64,000 nt of DNA from Mustelus asterias (GCF_964213995.1 NC_135812.1:70494001-70558000), one strand, 5' to 3'; counted from the stretch's first letter, positions 24,779-38,315 are shown. Notes: a model not told the origin generated them from the sequence alone. Numbers and translations are program-made.

Positions 24779-25650
24779 ATAGAGTCACAGATGTATACAG
24801 CATAGAAAATGGCCCTTCGGCCCATCGAGGCTGCGCCTGTCAAAGACAAACCTCCCAACTATTCTAATCCCATTTTCCAGCACTTGGTCCATATGCCTTG
24901 AACGCCTTGGCATCGCAAGTGCATATCTAAATACTTACTAAATGTTATGAGGGTCTCTGCCTCCACCACCCTTTCAGGTAATGAGTTCCAGACTCCCACC
25001 ACCCTTTGAATGAAAAGGATTTTCCTGACATCTCCTCCAAGCTTTTTCCCAAGAGAAAAAGTTTCTTCCTGTCTTTGTCCCTCATGATTTTATGCATCTC
25101 AACCTTGTCCCCCGTCAGTCTCTTCTGCTCCAAGGAAAGCAACCCCAGTCTATCCAATCTCTCTTCATAACTCGAGCTCTCCAGCACAGTCAACATCGTG
25201 GTAAATCTCTTCTGCACCTTTCCCAGTGCTATCACATCCCTCCTATAATGTGGATTCCAAAACTGCAACAATGCTCGAGCTGTGGCCTAACCAACATTTT
25301 ATATAGTTTCAGCATAACATCACTACTCTTAATCTCAGTGCCACAGCGAATAAAGGCAAGTTATACCATAGGCCTTCTTAATCACTTTGTTCACCTGTCC
25401 TGCTATCTTAAAGGACTGATGTACATGCAGATCAAGGTTCTTCTGATCCTCGGTGCTTCCCAGGATCCTGTCATTCATCGTGTATTCCCTTGTCTTGTTT
25501 GTCCAGTCCAAATACATTACCTCACACTTATCCGGATTGAATTCCATTTGCCACTGATCTGCCCATCCGACCAGCCCATCCATAGCCTCCTATCATCTAA
25601 GGCTATCCTCCTCACTATTTACCACCCCACCAATTTTCATATCATTGCTA
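24779..25650 (-). mobile_element. CR1 LINE 3' portion
   Basis: ORFs 25335-25583 (WQMEFNPDKC) and 24945-25271. Confidence 0.88.
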
Positions 25651-25696
25651 GCCATGCTAGCCATTAAAGTTAACTGACATCCTCCACATGAATATA

Positions 25697-25826
25697 GGGC
25701 CGGATTCTCTAACCTCATTTGCAGCAGGGATTCTCCCGTCCTGCTGCAGTGAATGCAGATTTGGCTCAGTGCCAAATTCTCCATTCTCAATGGCAGTGGA
25801 ACGTGAACAGCCGGAGAAATTGTGTC
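25697..25826. mobile_element. Harbinger-like MITE, family A
   Basis: gggccggattctc...ggagaaattgtgtc; internal palindrome gatttggctcagtgccaaattc; similar to 47658-47766. Confidence 0.6.
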
Positions 25827-25829
25827 TTA

Positions 25830-25937
25830 GGTCGGAATTTTACCGCCTCGCCCATCCCGGAATCGGGGCGGGCGAGGCTCGCAGAATGGAAATCTCTGGG
25901 CAGGATCTCACACGACTGAGGTCACAAAATTCTGCCC
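25830..25937. mobile_element. Harbinger-like MITE, family B
   Basis: TIR ggtcggaatttt / aaaattctgccc; TTA TSD at 25827-25829 and 25938-25940. Confidence 0.8.
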
Positions 25938-26967
25938 TTAAAGACCCAAACTGTCAATAGGTGAAAGAAATATCTGCACTTGGTGCCCCAACCATGGTTA
26001 CATCCACTTTAATATGTGTGTATATATATTATATATAAATATAAAGTATATTCGAACACAAGTTATGTCCTTTTTTTTATTCCCAGAAGGACGTGAAAAC
26101 AAGAACTGATAATCCAGTCACAGTTATTTCCTGAGGAGACTGATTCAATAAGATGACTTTCACTGTGCCTTCAACGCACTGGATAGAAACCAGCAGTGAC
26201 AATTCAGATAAGAAAAATGAGAATTAGAAAAGGGCTTATCAGGAACAAAAATAAATGGCAAAAAAAAATCTAAATCATAAACTCTAAGGCAACAGAGTTT
26301 CAACCAAAAAAAATAGATGAATTGTAGAATAAAAAGTAACATACTGGCCATGGAACTTATTGCTGAAGATTGAAAAAAAAGGGGGAGGCGCTGGATTAAC
26401 TATAAGTGAAAATATAAGTCAGGATGTAATTTAAAATGAGTAGCAGTTGTAAAGTAAAACATTGTTAAGGAGGCAGACACTCCAAAGGCAGTGGAACAGG
26501 ACAGAAAAAGTCTGAAGTGTTGGTCGTAGTGTTACTGAAGCAACCAATGAAAGCAATTTGCAAAATAATTTGGGCATCGCTAGCTGTCAACTTGTTTGAA
26601 TATAAAAGCAAAATACTGCCGATGCTGGAAATTTGGGATAATAAAGAAAATGCCAGGAACACTTACCAGGTGGCTGAGCATCGCAGCTCTGATACGTGAC
26701 CGCTTTGTTTCACTCTCCACAGATCCTGCCAGGCCTGCATGAGTGTTACCCTCACTCCGTCTAAATTATCATTTGAATTTATCTTCAATGAGCAAGCTTT
26801 ATTGATTATTAGGCTCAGGGCCAGATAGAATGTTCCCTGGAAGAGAAGAACTTGAATCCGGAAGAAAAGAAGGAATGTTTAATACTCATGCAACCATTTT
26901 GGACGACTGCTCCATCCATGAAGTGCAAAGGTAACCAATGGCAAGGATTGTCACTGATGTGGAAGTC

Positions 26968-27132
26968 AAACATAGAAGATAGGAGCAGGAGGAGGCCATT
27001 CGGCCCTTCGAGCCTGCTCCACCATTCATCACGATCATGGCTGATCATCCAACTCAATAGCCTAATCCTGCTTTCTCCCAATAACCTTTGATCCCATTCG
27101 ACCCAAGTGCGATATCCAGCCGCCTCTTGAAA
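26968..27132 (-). mobile_element. CR1 3' tail
   Basis: catagaagataggagcaggaggaggccattcggcccttcgagcc. Confidence 0.8.
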
Positions 27133-28239
27133 CAAATAGCCTTATTCTCTAGTGAAAACATTGACAGAAAGAGAAAGGGACTCAGTAAGAAGGGCAAGAG
27201 CAAAATAAATGACTTGAGCAGTCATTGCTATTTATACAACACAGTTCTGAATGAAGATAGTTTGAAACAGAAGTCCAGCCAATTCCTCTTCATGAGTGAA
27301 GAATAGTCATCAAATTAAAAGGACAAATGATAAATAATAGTCCTGCCATTCCATGAGAAGGTAGGAGGTGGGTTCAGTCATGAATCTACAATTCTCCAAG
27401 CGTTGAATTCCCTGGTCAGAGAAATAAAATGATAGGGAGGCAGGCGAGGGCAGTGAGTTACCCTTGGATGGCCTCACCTCTCCACAACTGGTTGTAAAGT
27501 ATCTTTGTCAATGGCTTGGCTCCAAATCAAAGACATGAAACATGCAAAAGTAAGTACCTTGAAAGTGGGGATATTTTCATAATAAAATATGAAGGGCATT
27601 GAAATAAATGCAAAGTTGCCTCTTTCCTTTGCAGCCATCTTGTTTAGGGTCTCATAAAGAAATTCCCAATTCATCTGTAAGTACCTCCAGTATATGAAGG
27701 AAAATAACTTATATTTGAATGCTGGAAACTCAAAAGCAATGTAGGTGCTGTGGTGTCACCAAGGGGTTGTGTGCTGGAAGAGCGATACCTTCTCATAATA
27801 TTCTCCAATTTCTTGACAGATTTTCCCCTTACTAAGATGGCCACAGGATGTCAACACGGAAGTCACATTGCAGATTGATAGAAAATCCCTATTAGGAATC
27901 AGCTGTGTTGCCTTGCTAGACTATATAAGCAGAGCACTGAGTCCTGCCAAAGGAGAAGCTAACCTGGTGAATGAGAGGAAGATTCCTTGGAGAGGGAAGA
28001 ATTTGCTGCGTGCATAACTGTGTGTTTGTCCTTGGACTGTATGAAAACCCACTCTGGTGGGTAGGTTGGACTTTGGCCTGTAGGAGAATGCACTCTGGTA
28101 ACCTGACCTTTGTCTGTGTTTTGACCTTGCACTCCTGAAGGACTGTCACTGTTATATACTGTGAGTTTTCCCTGAAAAACAGGATAGCCATCCAGGTTTA
28201 AGTAGGGATATACTGGTTGGAATTTTTTGACCATTCATG

Positions 28240-28469
28240 CCAATGGGATTTTCTCATCCTAAGGCAGTGAACAGAGATTTGGCTTGTTGCCAAATTCTCT
28301 GTCTTTGCTGCAGTGGGAGTGTGGTGTGAATGGGCCGTAATATTGTGCACATTTACTGTCCTGCCTGGCATGGGAATTGGAGCAGGTGAGGGGCAGACTG
28401 TGGAAAGGTCTGTTGATCTTGGGTGGGATTTTATGGCTTTGGGACTAATGAGGCTGTAAAATCCTGCCC
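28240..28469. mobile_element. Adjacent MITE family A and family B remnants
   Basis: Similar to 25697-25826 and 13760-13890; ends gtaaaatcctgccc. Confidence 0.55.
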
Positions 28470-28989
28470 ATAGTGTGTAAAGTTAGGCCCAAGAGTGGGT
28501 GTTTATTTCTTCTGTTTTAGCTGAGTATCTGAAGACATTTAACCAAAAGTTCTTTTTTTTTGTATTTGGACAACTGATCTATTGAATTGAATGAACCCCA
28601 CCCTGCCCATCATGATCCCCAGCAGCTTGTGACATCACTTTGACCCAATAGATGAAAAATACAATTGGAATCATCAACCTTGAAGCAAGAAAATCCCATG
28701 TTTATCATGGAGCAAAATTCAATCTTTTAAAAAATAAAACAGTGTTCTACTACACGCCAAGACAAGATTCTGGCAACTGAGTTAAAATCCAGGGACGCAA
28801 CGTGGAATAATTCAACTGTTCAAGAACATCATCAGATGATTACCTTTTTCAAAATGGCAGGAGGGCTTATGAATTTTGTGCCCCCCGCTTTGTGTATTAT
28901 CAGAAACTAGTGGGATGATGGTCGGATTGCCAGCACAGCACCAGCACAGAGCGGGGGTAGCCTGCCTGATTTGTGGCTCTAAAAGATGT

Positions 28990-29152
28990 GAGATTAGCTG
29001 GATTGGCCATGTAAATTGACCCTTAGTTTTGGGTGGGGTGGAGAGGATAGGGTGGTTAGCAGGGTAAATATGTGGGGTTGCAGGGATAGGGCCTGGGTGG
29101 AAATGATGGTAGTGCAGGGCCAAATGGCTTCTTTCTGCACTGGAGGGATTCT
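28990..29152 (+). mobile_element. V-SINE 3' half
   Basis: gattggccatgtaaattg...gggccaaatggcttctttctgcactg. Confidence 0.75.
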
Positions 29153-30062
29153 AAAAACCAACCTGATATAAATTTTCAAGAGCCGCTCCAACATTGATAT
29201 CTTTACAACCTCCATCAAGTGAGCCTGACAATCTCTGGAATGATTCTGAGTTAATATGTCTCTTGGAGGAATATAAGAATGTTCACGAGGGACAGAGGTC
29301 ACCAGGATAAAATAACCACTTTCCTGCGCATATATATAGCACTGTGAATGTAATAAAACATCCCAAAGCGGTGAATTTGACTTGCAATTTCCCAACTCTT
29401 AACCTCTATTTCCTTAACATTGTTTCCAAAATGCCAACTATCACATCAGCAATCATTGTTATCACAAATGACTGGTAAAGAAAATGGGTCCATTTCTGAT
29501 ATCCAATTAACAGTATAAAAACAGTCCTTCATCATAAAAGAGCTTTTTGTAGATTTCCATGATGCAGGAACAAGCCTCTTCTGAGATGTGAGTAAATCAC
29601 TTGATTAGCAGTTGGAGACATCAATCTGTCTGTTGATGGTTTTACCTTTATCACCGAGTGTTTGATTTACCTACACAGCCTTGACTGAAATCTTTTCAAT
29701 GTCCACAGTTTATCTTTTGTAGGGAAGTTATTTTTATCTGTTTCTCTCTTCGCATTTCTTTTTCATGCAAAGATAATTTGCATCGTATCCTTGCACTCCT
29801 CCTCACTTCATTTATAGTTTTGTGATAATTCCACCCACTTTTTAATTCCACACGTTTGTTTCAGGTAGTCCTTTTTTGTGTTCTTCTTTCACATCTCCAT
29901 AGTAATTTGTTTTGAACGCTTTCCTGAGCTGTGTAATTTTTGTTGCTGGCTTTTTATGTAACCTTCTACAATACGATGGAAAATTGGGGCGGGCATTTTA
30001 TTCCAAGGAAATATATTGTCCATGTTTGGGCATCCTACTTTCAAAGAGGCACCAGAGAGAGT

Positions 30063-30228
30063 TCATAGAATCCCTACAATGCAGAAGGAGGCCATTCGGC
30101 CCATTGAGTCTGCACCGACCACAATCCCACCCAGGCCCTATCCCCATGCATTTACCATAGCTAGTCCCCCTGACACTAAGGTGCAATTTTAGCACAGCCA
30201 ATCCACCTAACCCGCACATCTTTGGACT
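30063..30228 (-). mobile_element. V-SINE 3' half with CR1-like tail
   Basis: catagaatccctacaatgcagaaggaggccattcggccc. Confidence 0.85.
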
Positions 30229-30663
30229 CAGATTAGATCATTCTAGAGTGGACAACTTGAGAACAGAATTATGTCCCTTTCACCAAAACAAAGTAGCTTG
30301 AAAGGGTAGATGATTCAGTTCTTAAATGTTGAACGGCAGTAATGGTATACACACAAGACAGTGGCTACAGAACTTGAGAGCCACAAGTAAAAAGTCATCT
30401 GTCCCAAACATTCATAGGCAGCCACCCAAGTAAGTTCAAGCTGTGGCCACTAATGCCTCTAAAAGAAAGTTCTGGGAATGCTCACAGAGACAAACACTGA
30501 CACAGATGTGAAGGGCCAAATGCTCTGTTCCTGTGTCGTAAGATTCTAAAACCATTTGGTTATAGGACTGAATGCCAAAAGACTAGGCATTAATCGATCA
30601 CTGGATAAAACATTCCCATTTGTTGGGCCCATTGAAATATCATCTGAACAAATCACTAGCCAG

Positions 30664-33600
30664 TGTTGAACATTAGAGAATACACAACTCCTTTATTTAT
30701 TTTTAAAACCATACAGAGGCTTGCAGCCTTGTGGCTGCAATCAGCTCCTCCAATGACTGAGTACTGAAGCCCATGCCAACCAGGGTGGTCCCCCACCCTG
30801 CTCCCTGGGTCATGTGACCATTACTCTACAAATTTATCCTAAAGGAACAATCACCACATCCCCCCCTCACCTCTTTTATACAAATGTCAATACCCAATTT
30901 ACATAGTCCCAGATAATTAAACATTTAGTCAATTGTAAATTAAGTCCTCCGGGAGTTTTCAAATCCTTGTGGAACAGTGTAACTCTTCTGTCTGGGGAGC
31001 TTTCACAGGATTGCTGTCAACTGTAACCACAACAACAGGTGCCTCTTCAGGCGCAGGCAGCTCAGTTCTATATGTTTCCACGGAGATGTTGGTTGTGTCT
31101 GTCACAGGACAACCAAGTACATCAGTGCGCAAACAGTCGGCAATATTTCCTAATGGCAAAACTGGCTGCTGGGGCTTCTCTCTTTTGCTCAAATGGTCGA
31201 TCTGTTTTCAAACGATCCTTCCTTCTAATCTACTTGATAAGACAAGGGTCCAGTTTCAGAGACAATGATTCCAGGGACCCAACTCGACCCACTACCAAAA
31301 CTCTTCATATACACAGCATCATCAACCGGTGGAAAAAACATCGGCATAATCTTTCAATGGTAGCGTGTGATGTAGGAGACTTCACCTGAAAACATCTGTC
31401 CACTTAGTGTGCATCAAAAATGAGCAGAAACATGGTGCCCATGAGTGAAGCAACATAATCAATATGGACTCTTACCCATGGCTGGCCAGGCCATACTCAA
31501 GGGTGCGGTGGGGCTGCAGGAGGCAACCTTTGTTGCAATTGGTACTGTTCACAAAGCTTAACTAGGCTCTCGATGTCAGCATCAATGTCAGGTCACCACA
31601 CAACTTCGAAGGAGATTTTCATCTTTGAGATGCCCGGATGGGCACTGTGTAAGTCCATTAGAAATGACTCTCTGCCTGGTACAGTGATGACTACTCTTAC
31701 TCCCCAGAGTATGATGCCATCCTGGAAACTCCATTCATCCTTGTGGGTAGCAAGTGGTTTCATTTCTTCAGAAACAGACTCATTGTCTCAATCTGTAAGT
31801 ACCTTGTGTCTCACTTTGGACTGAAGTGATCCCGACTGGTCCAGTACCTGCTTTACTGAAACTGGCAACATGTCCAAACAATTCAACACCATGACCATAT
31901 CCTGTGGTACTGAAGAGGATGTAAAACTTCCTTGTAAAGGCAGGTGGCTAAGTGCATCTGCGTTTACTGTCCCAGGTCAGTTCTCAAATATATATTCGTA
32001 GAATTAACACCCAATGTTGAATTCCTACCAATGTGAGTGGACGGAATAGCCTTGTCGTCTTTAAAAAGCGGCTTGTATTCAGAAATGAATTGATGGTAAA
32101 GTGACTACCATATAAGTGGTATATGGTACCATTATATGGTGGAATTTCTTGACACCAAAAAATATTAATAATCCCTCTTTATCAATTTGTGAATCGCCTT
32201 TATTGGCCTCTGAGACAATTCTTGAGACATAGACTATTGTACTTTCAGATCCGTCATCCATCTCGTGGGACAACACCGCACCAATGCCATATGGAGAGGC
32301 ATCACAGGTCAACACCAGCTCCTTAGATGGGTTGAAATGTACTAATAAATTCAAAGAATGCAGCAATTGTTTTACTCTGAGAGCTTCTACCCAGGTGAGT
32401 CTTCCAAGACCAAGGCTGGTATTTCTTTAGCAGAATATGGAAGGGTATAAATAATGTCAACAAGTTTGGTTTAAAAAAAAATGTCCATGGTCAGCAAGAG
32501 AGCTAGGAGTGAGATGAAGAGAAACACTTTACTCTGAGTTGTTGCGATTTGGAATGTGCTGTCAGGGAGAGTGGTGAAGACTGATTCCATAGGAATTTCA
32601 AAAGAGGTCTGAATACATATTTGGGGGGCTACGATGATAACTGGAGAATGGGACTAGCTGGGTAGCTCTTTTGGGAGCTGGTGCAGGCACAATAGGCCAA
32701 ATAACCACCTTCTGTGCTGTAAAATTCTATGATTTTAGTAATTTACCATTCCCAAAAATCATTTGAGTTCAGATGTGTTTTTGGGGGCTGATGCTTCCTT
32801 TATGGCCTTGACCTTGTCTTCCATTGGGTGTAATCCTTGCGCATCTACACTGTACCCTCGGTAGGTTACATCAGTGGTTGGAAAAATACATTCCATCCTC
32901 TTCAGCGCCTCCTCTAAGTTTGCTAGATGCTCAACTTCTGCCGATCCAATTATGAGAATATCATCCAGGTCTACCACAACTCCTAGCAGCCCCTGCAGCA
33001 GACTCTCCATTTGTTCTTTGGAAAATTGCACATGCTGAAGACATACCAAAAGGCAGGTGAGTGTATCGGAACAACCCTTTGTGTGCTTGTCATGACAACC
33101 TCAGGAAACTTCTAATTTGAGTTGCTGATATGTTTATCCAATTTGGCAGCCAGATTAACTGTTAACTTGTAATCACTACAAATGTGGATGGTCTTGTTCG
33201 GTTTCAATACGGGCACTATTGGTGCTGCCCATTCTGAGAACTGAACGGGCTGGATAATGCCCAGTTCTTCCAGTCACTTTAATTCAGTGTTTGCTTTCTC
33301 TCGTAAACTATATGGTACTGGTGTCACCCTAAAGAATCAAGTGATTGTCGCTGGGTCCACATAAATCTTTGTCTACAGACCTTTTAGTATGCCTGATTCA
33401 TCCTTGAAGATGCATTCATATTTCTTCATCAGTTTGAGCAGTCCTCCTCCCGCACTTCCTTTATTTCCTTAAGCCAATCATGGATGAGAAGGCTTGGGTC
33501 CTTTGCCTGTCACTATGATATCTAGGAGTTGGGCAGACTGTTTCCCATAGCGCTTAGGTACCATTGCAGTGTCCAGTATTTTGACCGCTTCTCCAAGTTG

Positions 33601-33700
33601 TTAACTTGGCCGCTGTACTCTTCAAATTAAATGGTTGAACTCCGATTGCGTACCGATATGTATATTTACCTGTCACAGAAGCTGATGCCCCTCTAGGACC
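30664..33700 (-). mobile_element. Decayed Ty3/Gypsy (Mag-like) element: RT, RNase H, integrase, PPT and probable 3' LTR (~30664-30858)
   Basis: LQGLLGVVVDLDDILI (RT, 32759-33049); LTCDASPYGIGAVLSH (RNase H, 32079-32366); purine tract 30859-30867 followed by TGTGGTGA. Confidence 0.8.
32480..32735 (+). mobile_element. CR1 3' end inserted in the Gypsy relic
   Basis: gagatgaagagaaacacttt...ggccaaataaccaccttctgtgctgtaaaattctatgatt. Confidence 0.75.
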
Positions 33701-34144
33701 TTTTTTCACTGATACTCAAATACAATTTTCAGCAGCTTTGCAATACATTGTTCAATGTTTTAGTTTGTATACCATAGTTGTATGGGCTGAGTTCTGGATT
33801 TTAAATTTCAATCGATTATGCAGAGACACAGCACTGCCGAGCTATCAGTCCCACACAAGTGGTATGGGGTAGGCACCAACTCTTGTTTCTTTTCATCAAG
33901 TGCATTCCGGGCAATTAATGTGACTTTACACATAAAATGCAAACTATCTTCCAGTCAATTATGTGTCTGACACCTGTGTCTTTAACAGCAAATGCATGTT
34001 TAAATAGGAAAACAGTTGAACAAACCTGAAAACAATATTTTTCAGATAACCAGCCCCACAGTGGAAAATGGACACACAACCCTAGATTAAAGATTGTCTG
34101 TGAATTCTATGATATTGTTTTTTATTTTCTCGTTGCATCACAGG

Positions 34145-34440
34145 ATCATAGAAACAGAGAAGCCTGCAGTGCAGAGGGAAGCTATTTGGTCCATCGAGTC
34201 TGCAGCGACCACAATCCCATCCATGCCCTATCTATATAAAGCCATGCATTTACCCAAGTGAGTCCCCTGACACTAAGGAGAAATTTAGCATGGCCAATCA
34301 ACCTGACCAGCACATCTTTGGACTGGGGGAGGAAACAGGAGCACCCAGAGGAAACCCACACAGACACTAGGAGAATGTGCAAACTCCACACAAACAGTGA
34401 CCCAATCCAGGTCCCTGTGAGGCAGAAGTGCTGACCACTG
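34145..34440 (-). mobile_element. HE1-type V-SINE with CR1-like tail
   Basis: V-core and tail present. Confidence 0.85.
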
Positions 34441-35161
34441 GATGACCAATTAACCAGCACCTCCTCTCTGCAATGAGGGAGCTTGCAATTGGCACACTGC
34501 TCCACCACTTAAATGGTAAACTGTATCAATGCATGTGTTATCTCACTGCCTCCAATATTACTGTACACTAGCTAGTCCCATGGTTCTCGGTTGACATCTT
34601 TACCCAAGATGCATACAGTTAAGACATCAGCTGCAAAGCTCTACTTAAGTCACAATTATGTTTTAGGATAAAATATTAATTGTAAGGTTCATGGAAATAT
34701 CAAGCACCTTGTTTGAAAGTCTCGTTGCTCAAGCTCATCTGATTTACCTTTGCAGGCATACATTAAGGATCGAAAGCATGACTGGCTCAGAGTAATGAAG
34801 CCCAAGATGGGGTACAATGTCTTATCTTGTCAGCTTAGGTCTTATTTGTCTACTTTGTGGGAACCTTGAATTGGATTCACTTGGATTTTGAATTTGTTTT
34901 TTGGAGCAAGCAAGGAATGGATTTGGGTTCGCCCAGTCCACTCTGAGCATTGGCTTTGTAACTTTAAGAATAGAGTGCGGTTACTGTAGATTTTACAGGT
35001 AACAAACAATATCAACTGTACATTATTAAGAGGTTTCATTTTCATACGCATTATTCAAACTGAGCTCTGAATTTCAAAGGAGAACTCGACCCTATTCCAA
35101 GAAACAGAATCTAGAAGTGCTAGAAGATTGGGCAGTGTCCGTGGAGAGTGACGGAGTTATC

Positions 35162-35662
35162 GGGCTGAATCTTGCCACGGGGTTCAAAGACAGAGGAGGG
35201 GGTGGGGAAATTCAGATGGTTACACATTGGAGCAGCTATCCGGCTTGGAGTTTTCCAGGGGAAAGATGCCCTGGGGAATCAGCAAGCCGCCCCACTGAGA
35301 TAAGCAGCCAAAGGTCAGGCCCCACTTTGGGACCATTGTCAGAAACCAGCAGCATTTTCCTGACTTCGGTTTGTGCACCCCACCCTATGCTTAGCCCAGG
35401 GGCTGTCAGCAGGTTATCAATGGCCCATCGCAGATTCCTCTCCACAACTGGCCCAATGAACAAGCTGCAAGTAAGAAAAGACATCAACTGAGGCCAAAAC
35501 CATCCCCGGGGAGGAGTTCTAACAATGGGCTTTCTTTAATTTTAAATCTTTGGCAGGCTTGCGGGAGTTTCCCTTGTTTACCTTTCCCCTCAGCATTGTC
35601 CACCTCGCCTGGCGGGGGCAGGGCTGCCAGCAGGTGAGGCTTCCAGCCTTAAAATTCTGCCC
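35162..35662. mobile_element. Harbinger-like non-autonomous element
   Basis: TIR GGGCTGAATCTT / AAAATTCTGCCC; ATC TSD at 35159-35161 and 35663-35665. Confidence 0.7.
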
Positions 35663-35892
35663 ATCATTCTTAACTGATGGCAAATGTGGAGTGAATAACG
35701 ATGAGCCTGCCTCATGTAAAGTTCCGCTGGCAGGTTCCTTGGCAAGAAACATGGGCTCAGGGTCAAAGGTTCCAAAGTTGGGTTTCCAAAACCTACTGAA
35801 AAATTCAGCTCAACATTTCAGATTAGCGACTTTTCGTCAGAACCTTTCTTGCATTTTATATTTAGTTCAAAATTTTCAGCATCCGTTGTAAT

Positions 35893-36640
35893 TTTTAAAA
35901 TTGTTTCCCAGAATGTGGACTTTGCTGGCTAGGCCAGTGTTTATTGCCCATCCCTAATTTCCCCTGAGAAGGTGGTGATGGGACACCTTCTTGAACCACT
36001 TTGGTGTAGGTGCAGCCACAGTGCTGGCAGGGAGGGAGTTCCAGGATTTTGACCCAGTGATAGTGAAGGAATGGTGATGGAGTTCCAAGTCAGGTTGGTA
36101 TGTGGCTTGGAGAGAAACATGGAGGTGGTGGTGTTCACATGCATCCCCTGCCCTTGTCTTTCTAGGTAGTAGAAGTAACGAGTTTAGAAGGTGCTGCCAA
36201 AGGAACTCTGGTGAGTCCCTGCAGTGCACGTCCCATGGTGCACACGGCTGCCACTGTGTGCCAGTGGTGGAGGGAGTAAATGTGGAAGGGGTGCCAATCA
36301 AGTGAGTTACTTTAGCATGAACGGTGTTGAGATTTTTGAATGCTGTTGGAGATGAACTCATCCAGGCAAGTGGAGAGCATTCAGTGACACTCTGACTTGT
36401 GCCTTGTAGATGGTGGACAGGCTTTGAGGTGAGTTACTAGCCACAGAATTTCCAGCCCCCTCTTGTAGGCACAGTATTTATGTGGCATGTCAAATTAAAC
36501 TTCAGGTCAAAGATAATCCCCAGGATGTTGATAGTGGGGGATTCAATGATGGTAATGCTATTGAATATCAAGGGGAGATGGTTAGATTCTCTCTTGTTGG
36601 TGATGTCAATGTCTGGCACTTGTGTGACACAAATGTTACC
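35893..36640 (-). mobile_element. CR1-group (L2/Crack-like) LINE 3' portion
   Basis: ESPTINILG and GSKSWNSLP peptides; 3' UTR matches 63880-64000. Confidence 0.8.
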
Positions 36641-37066
36641 TTTGTTTCCTATTTTAAAAATGTCATTCATTGGTTTACACAAAAACACAGCACTCTGCCA
36701 AGTTATTTGACACTTCACGTTGCCCTGCTGTGGGAGTGCAGATAACACTGCTTCTATCCTTTCATCCAGTACATTTTGGGTGGTTATTCACAGGACTGCT
36801 GTGACTACAAAGAATGTAATTTTACACATGTTATACAAGCTATTTTACACTGAAAAGGTGCCTGAATACCAACTGTACATTATTCACCAATTGTGTTTGA
36901 ATAGGAAGTTAATTAAATAAACCTGGCAGTTTTTTCCCACAAAATAAGCACAGCTTTCCTTTGGAAAATGCACAGACTAACCCAGATACAGATTATCTGT
37001 GAAATACAGACAGCCAACAAAAATTGAATGTTTTCAACAAGGAAACATTATGCGTTAAGAGAAGTT

Positions 37067-37252
37067 GGCTGGAATTCTCGGCCGTTCATGCAACCAGGAT
37101 ACTCTAGTCCCACTGGCAGCGGACCTCCATGTGGTGACGTCAATGGGAATTCCCATTGACAGTCGCGCGACCAGAGAATCCCGCCGCTAGCAAACAACAC
37201 GCCACCTCCCGCCGGCAGGAAACAGGTGAATGGGAGGCCAGAGAATCTCACC
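37067..37252. mobile_element. Palindromic MITE (Harbinger-like)
   Basis: TIR ggctggaattctc / gagaatctcaccc; central palindrome gtcaatgggaattcccattgac. Confidence 0.7.
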
Positions 37253-37446
37253 CATTGAATTTGAGATGTGTAAATATTTCTAACTTTGATAAATTGTGTC
37301 TTAACTATTTTACAAAATAAAGCCAAAACATAAAATTAAGGAGCAAAATTGGCCACTCCAAAAACAGACAAGGGAATAACACTGCTTGATTAAACTACAC
37401 TCGTTCATCTCCACACTAACAGCTTAAAAATGTTAAACACACTCAT

Positions 37447-37615
37447 TTTGATTTATTATTGTTACATGTATTAGCATACAGTGAAAAGTATTATTTCTTG
37501 TGCGCTATACAGACAAAGCATACCGTTCACAGAGATGGAAAGGAGAGAGTGCAGAATGTAGTGTTACTGTCATGGCTAGGGTGTAGAGAAAGATCAACTT
37601 AATGCAAAGTAGGTC
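37447..37615 (-). mobile_element. Rex1/Babar-like LINE 3' UTR
   Basis: Reverse complement of ~53215-53385. Confidence 0.75.
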
Positions 37616-37662
37616 ATACCTAGTCCTCCTCCTCAAATCCCTCATCCATCGATCTGCCTAGT

Positions 37663-37880
37663 TGTGATGATCGTCCCTTTAAGGGCAACACAGCAGAGTA
37701 AGGGTCACCTAACCTAAGTGACCTTTTTTTTTACTCAGTGGGGAATCACCATGGGGAAAGAGGAGTTCTCTTAGGCAGGAAGCATTCCAGAATAACAGCA
37801 GATGTGCTGCTATTCTTGTCGATCCTCATGAATAAATCCTTTGTTGTTCACTAATGATGTCTCAAAAGTGCATTATTAAA
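37663..37880 (+). mobile_element. Possible solo Gypsy LTR
   Basis: Starts tgtgatgatcgtcccttta (compare tgtggtgattgttccttta at the 30858 LTR end); AATAAA at ~37831. Confidence 0.4.
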
Positions 37881-38032
37881 CCTGCTTTACAGGCTGCACC
37901 TTCTCAATGCAACTTTAACCTTGTGCTTTTCTGCTTTCAGATACCCAGGAGCTGCAACTTCCAGATAGAGGTGCAGAGGCCAAAAATTGGACGCAGAAGA
38001 AGAGACTGATGATGGAATGTCATCATTTATTC

Positions 38033-38315
38033 TCAGTGGTTAGCGCTGCTGCCTCACAATGCCAGGAACCCGGGTTCAATTCAGGGCTTGGGTCACTGTC
38101 TGTGCAGAGTTTGCACATTGCCTGCGTGGATTTCCTTGGGATGCTCCGATTTCCTCCCACAGTCCAAAAATGTGCGGGTTAGGCAGATTGGCCATTCTAA
38201 ATTGCCCCTTAGTGTCAGGGGGACTAGCTAGGGTAAATGGGTATAGGGCCTGGGTGGGATTGTGGTTGGTGCAATGGGCCGAATGGCCTCCTCCTGCACT
38301 GTCTGATTGTATGTA
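38033..38315 (+). mobile_element. HE1-type V-SINE with CR1-like tail
   Basis: Head, V-core and tail present. Confidence 0.85.
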
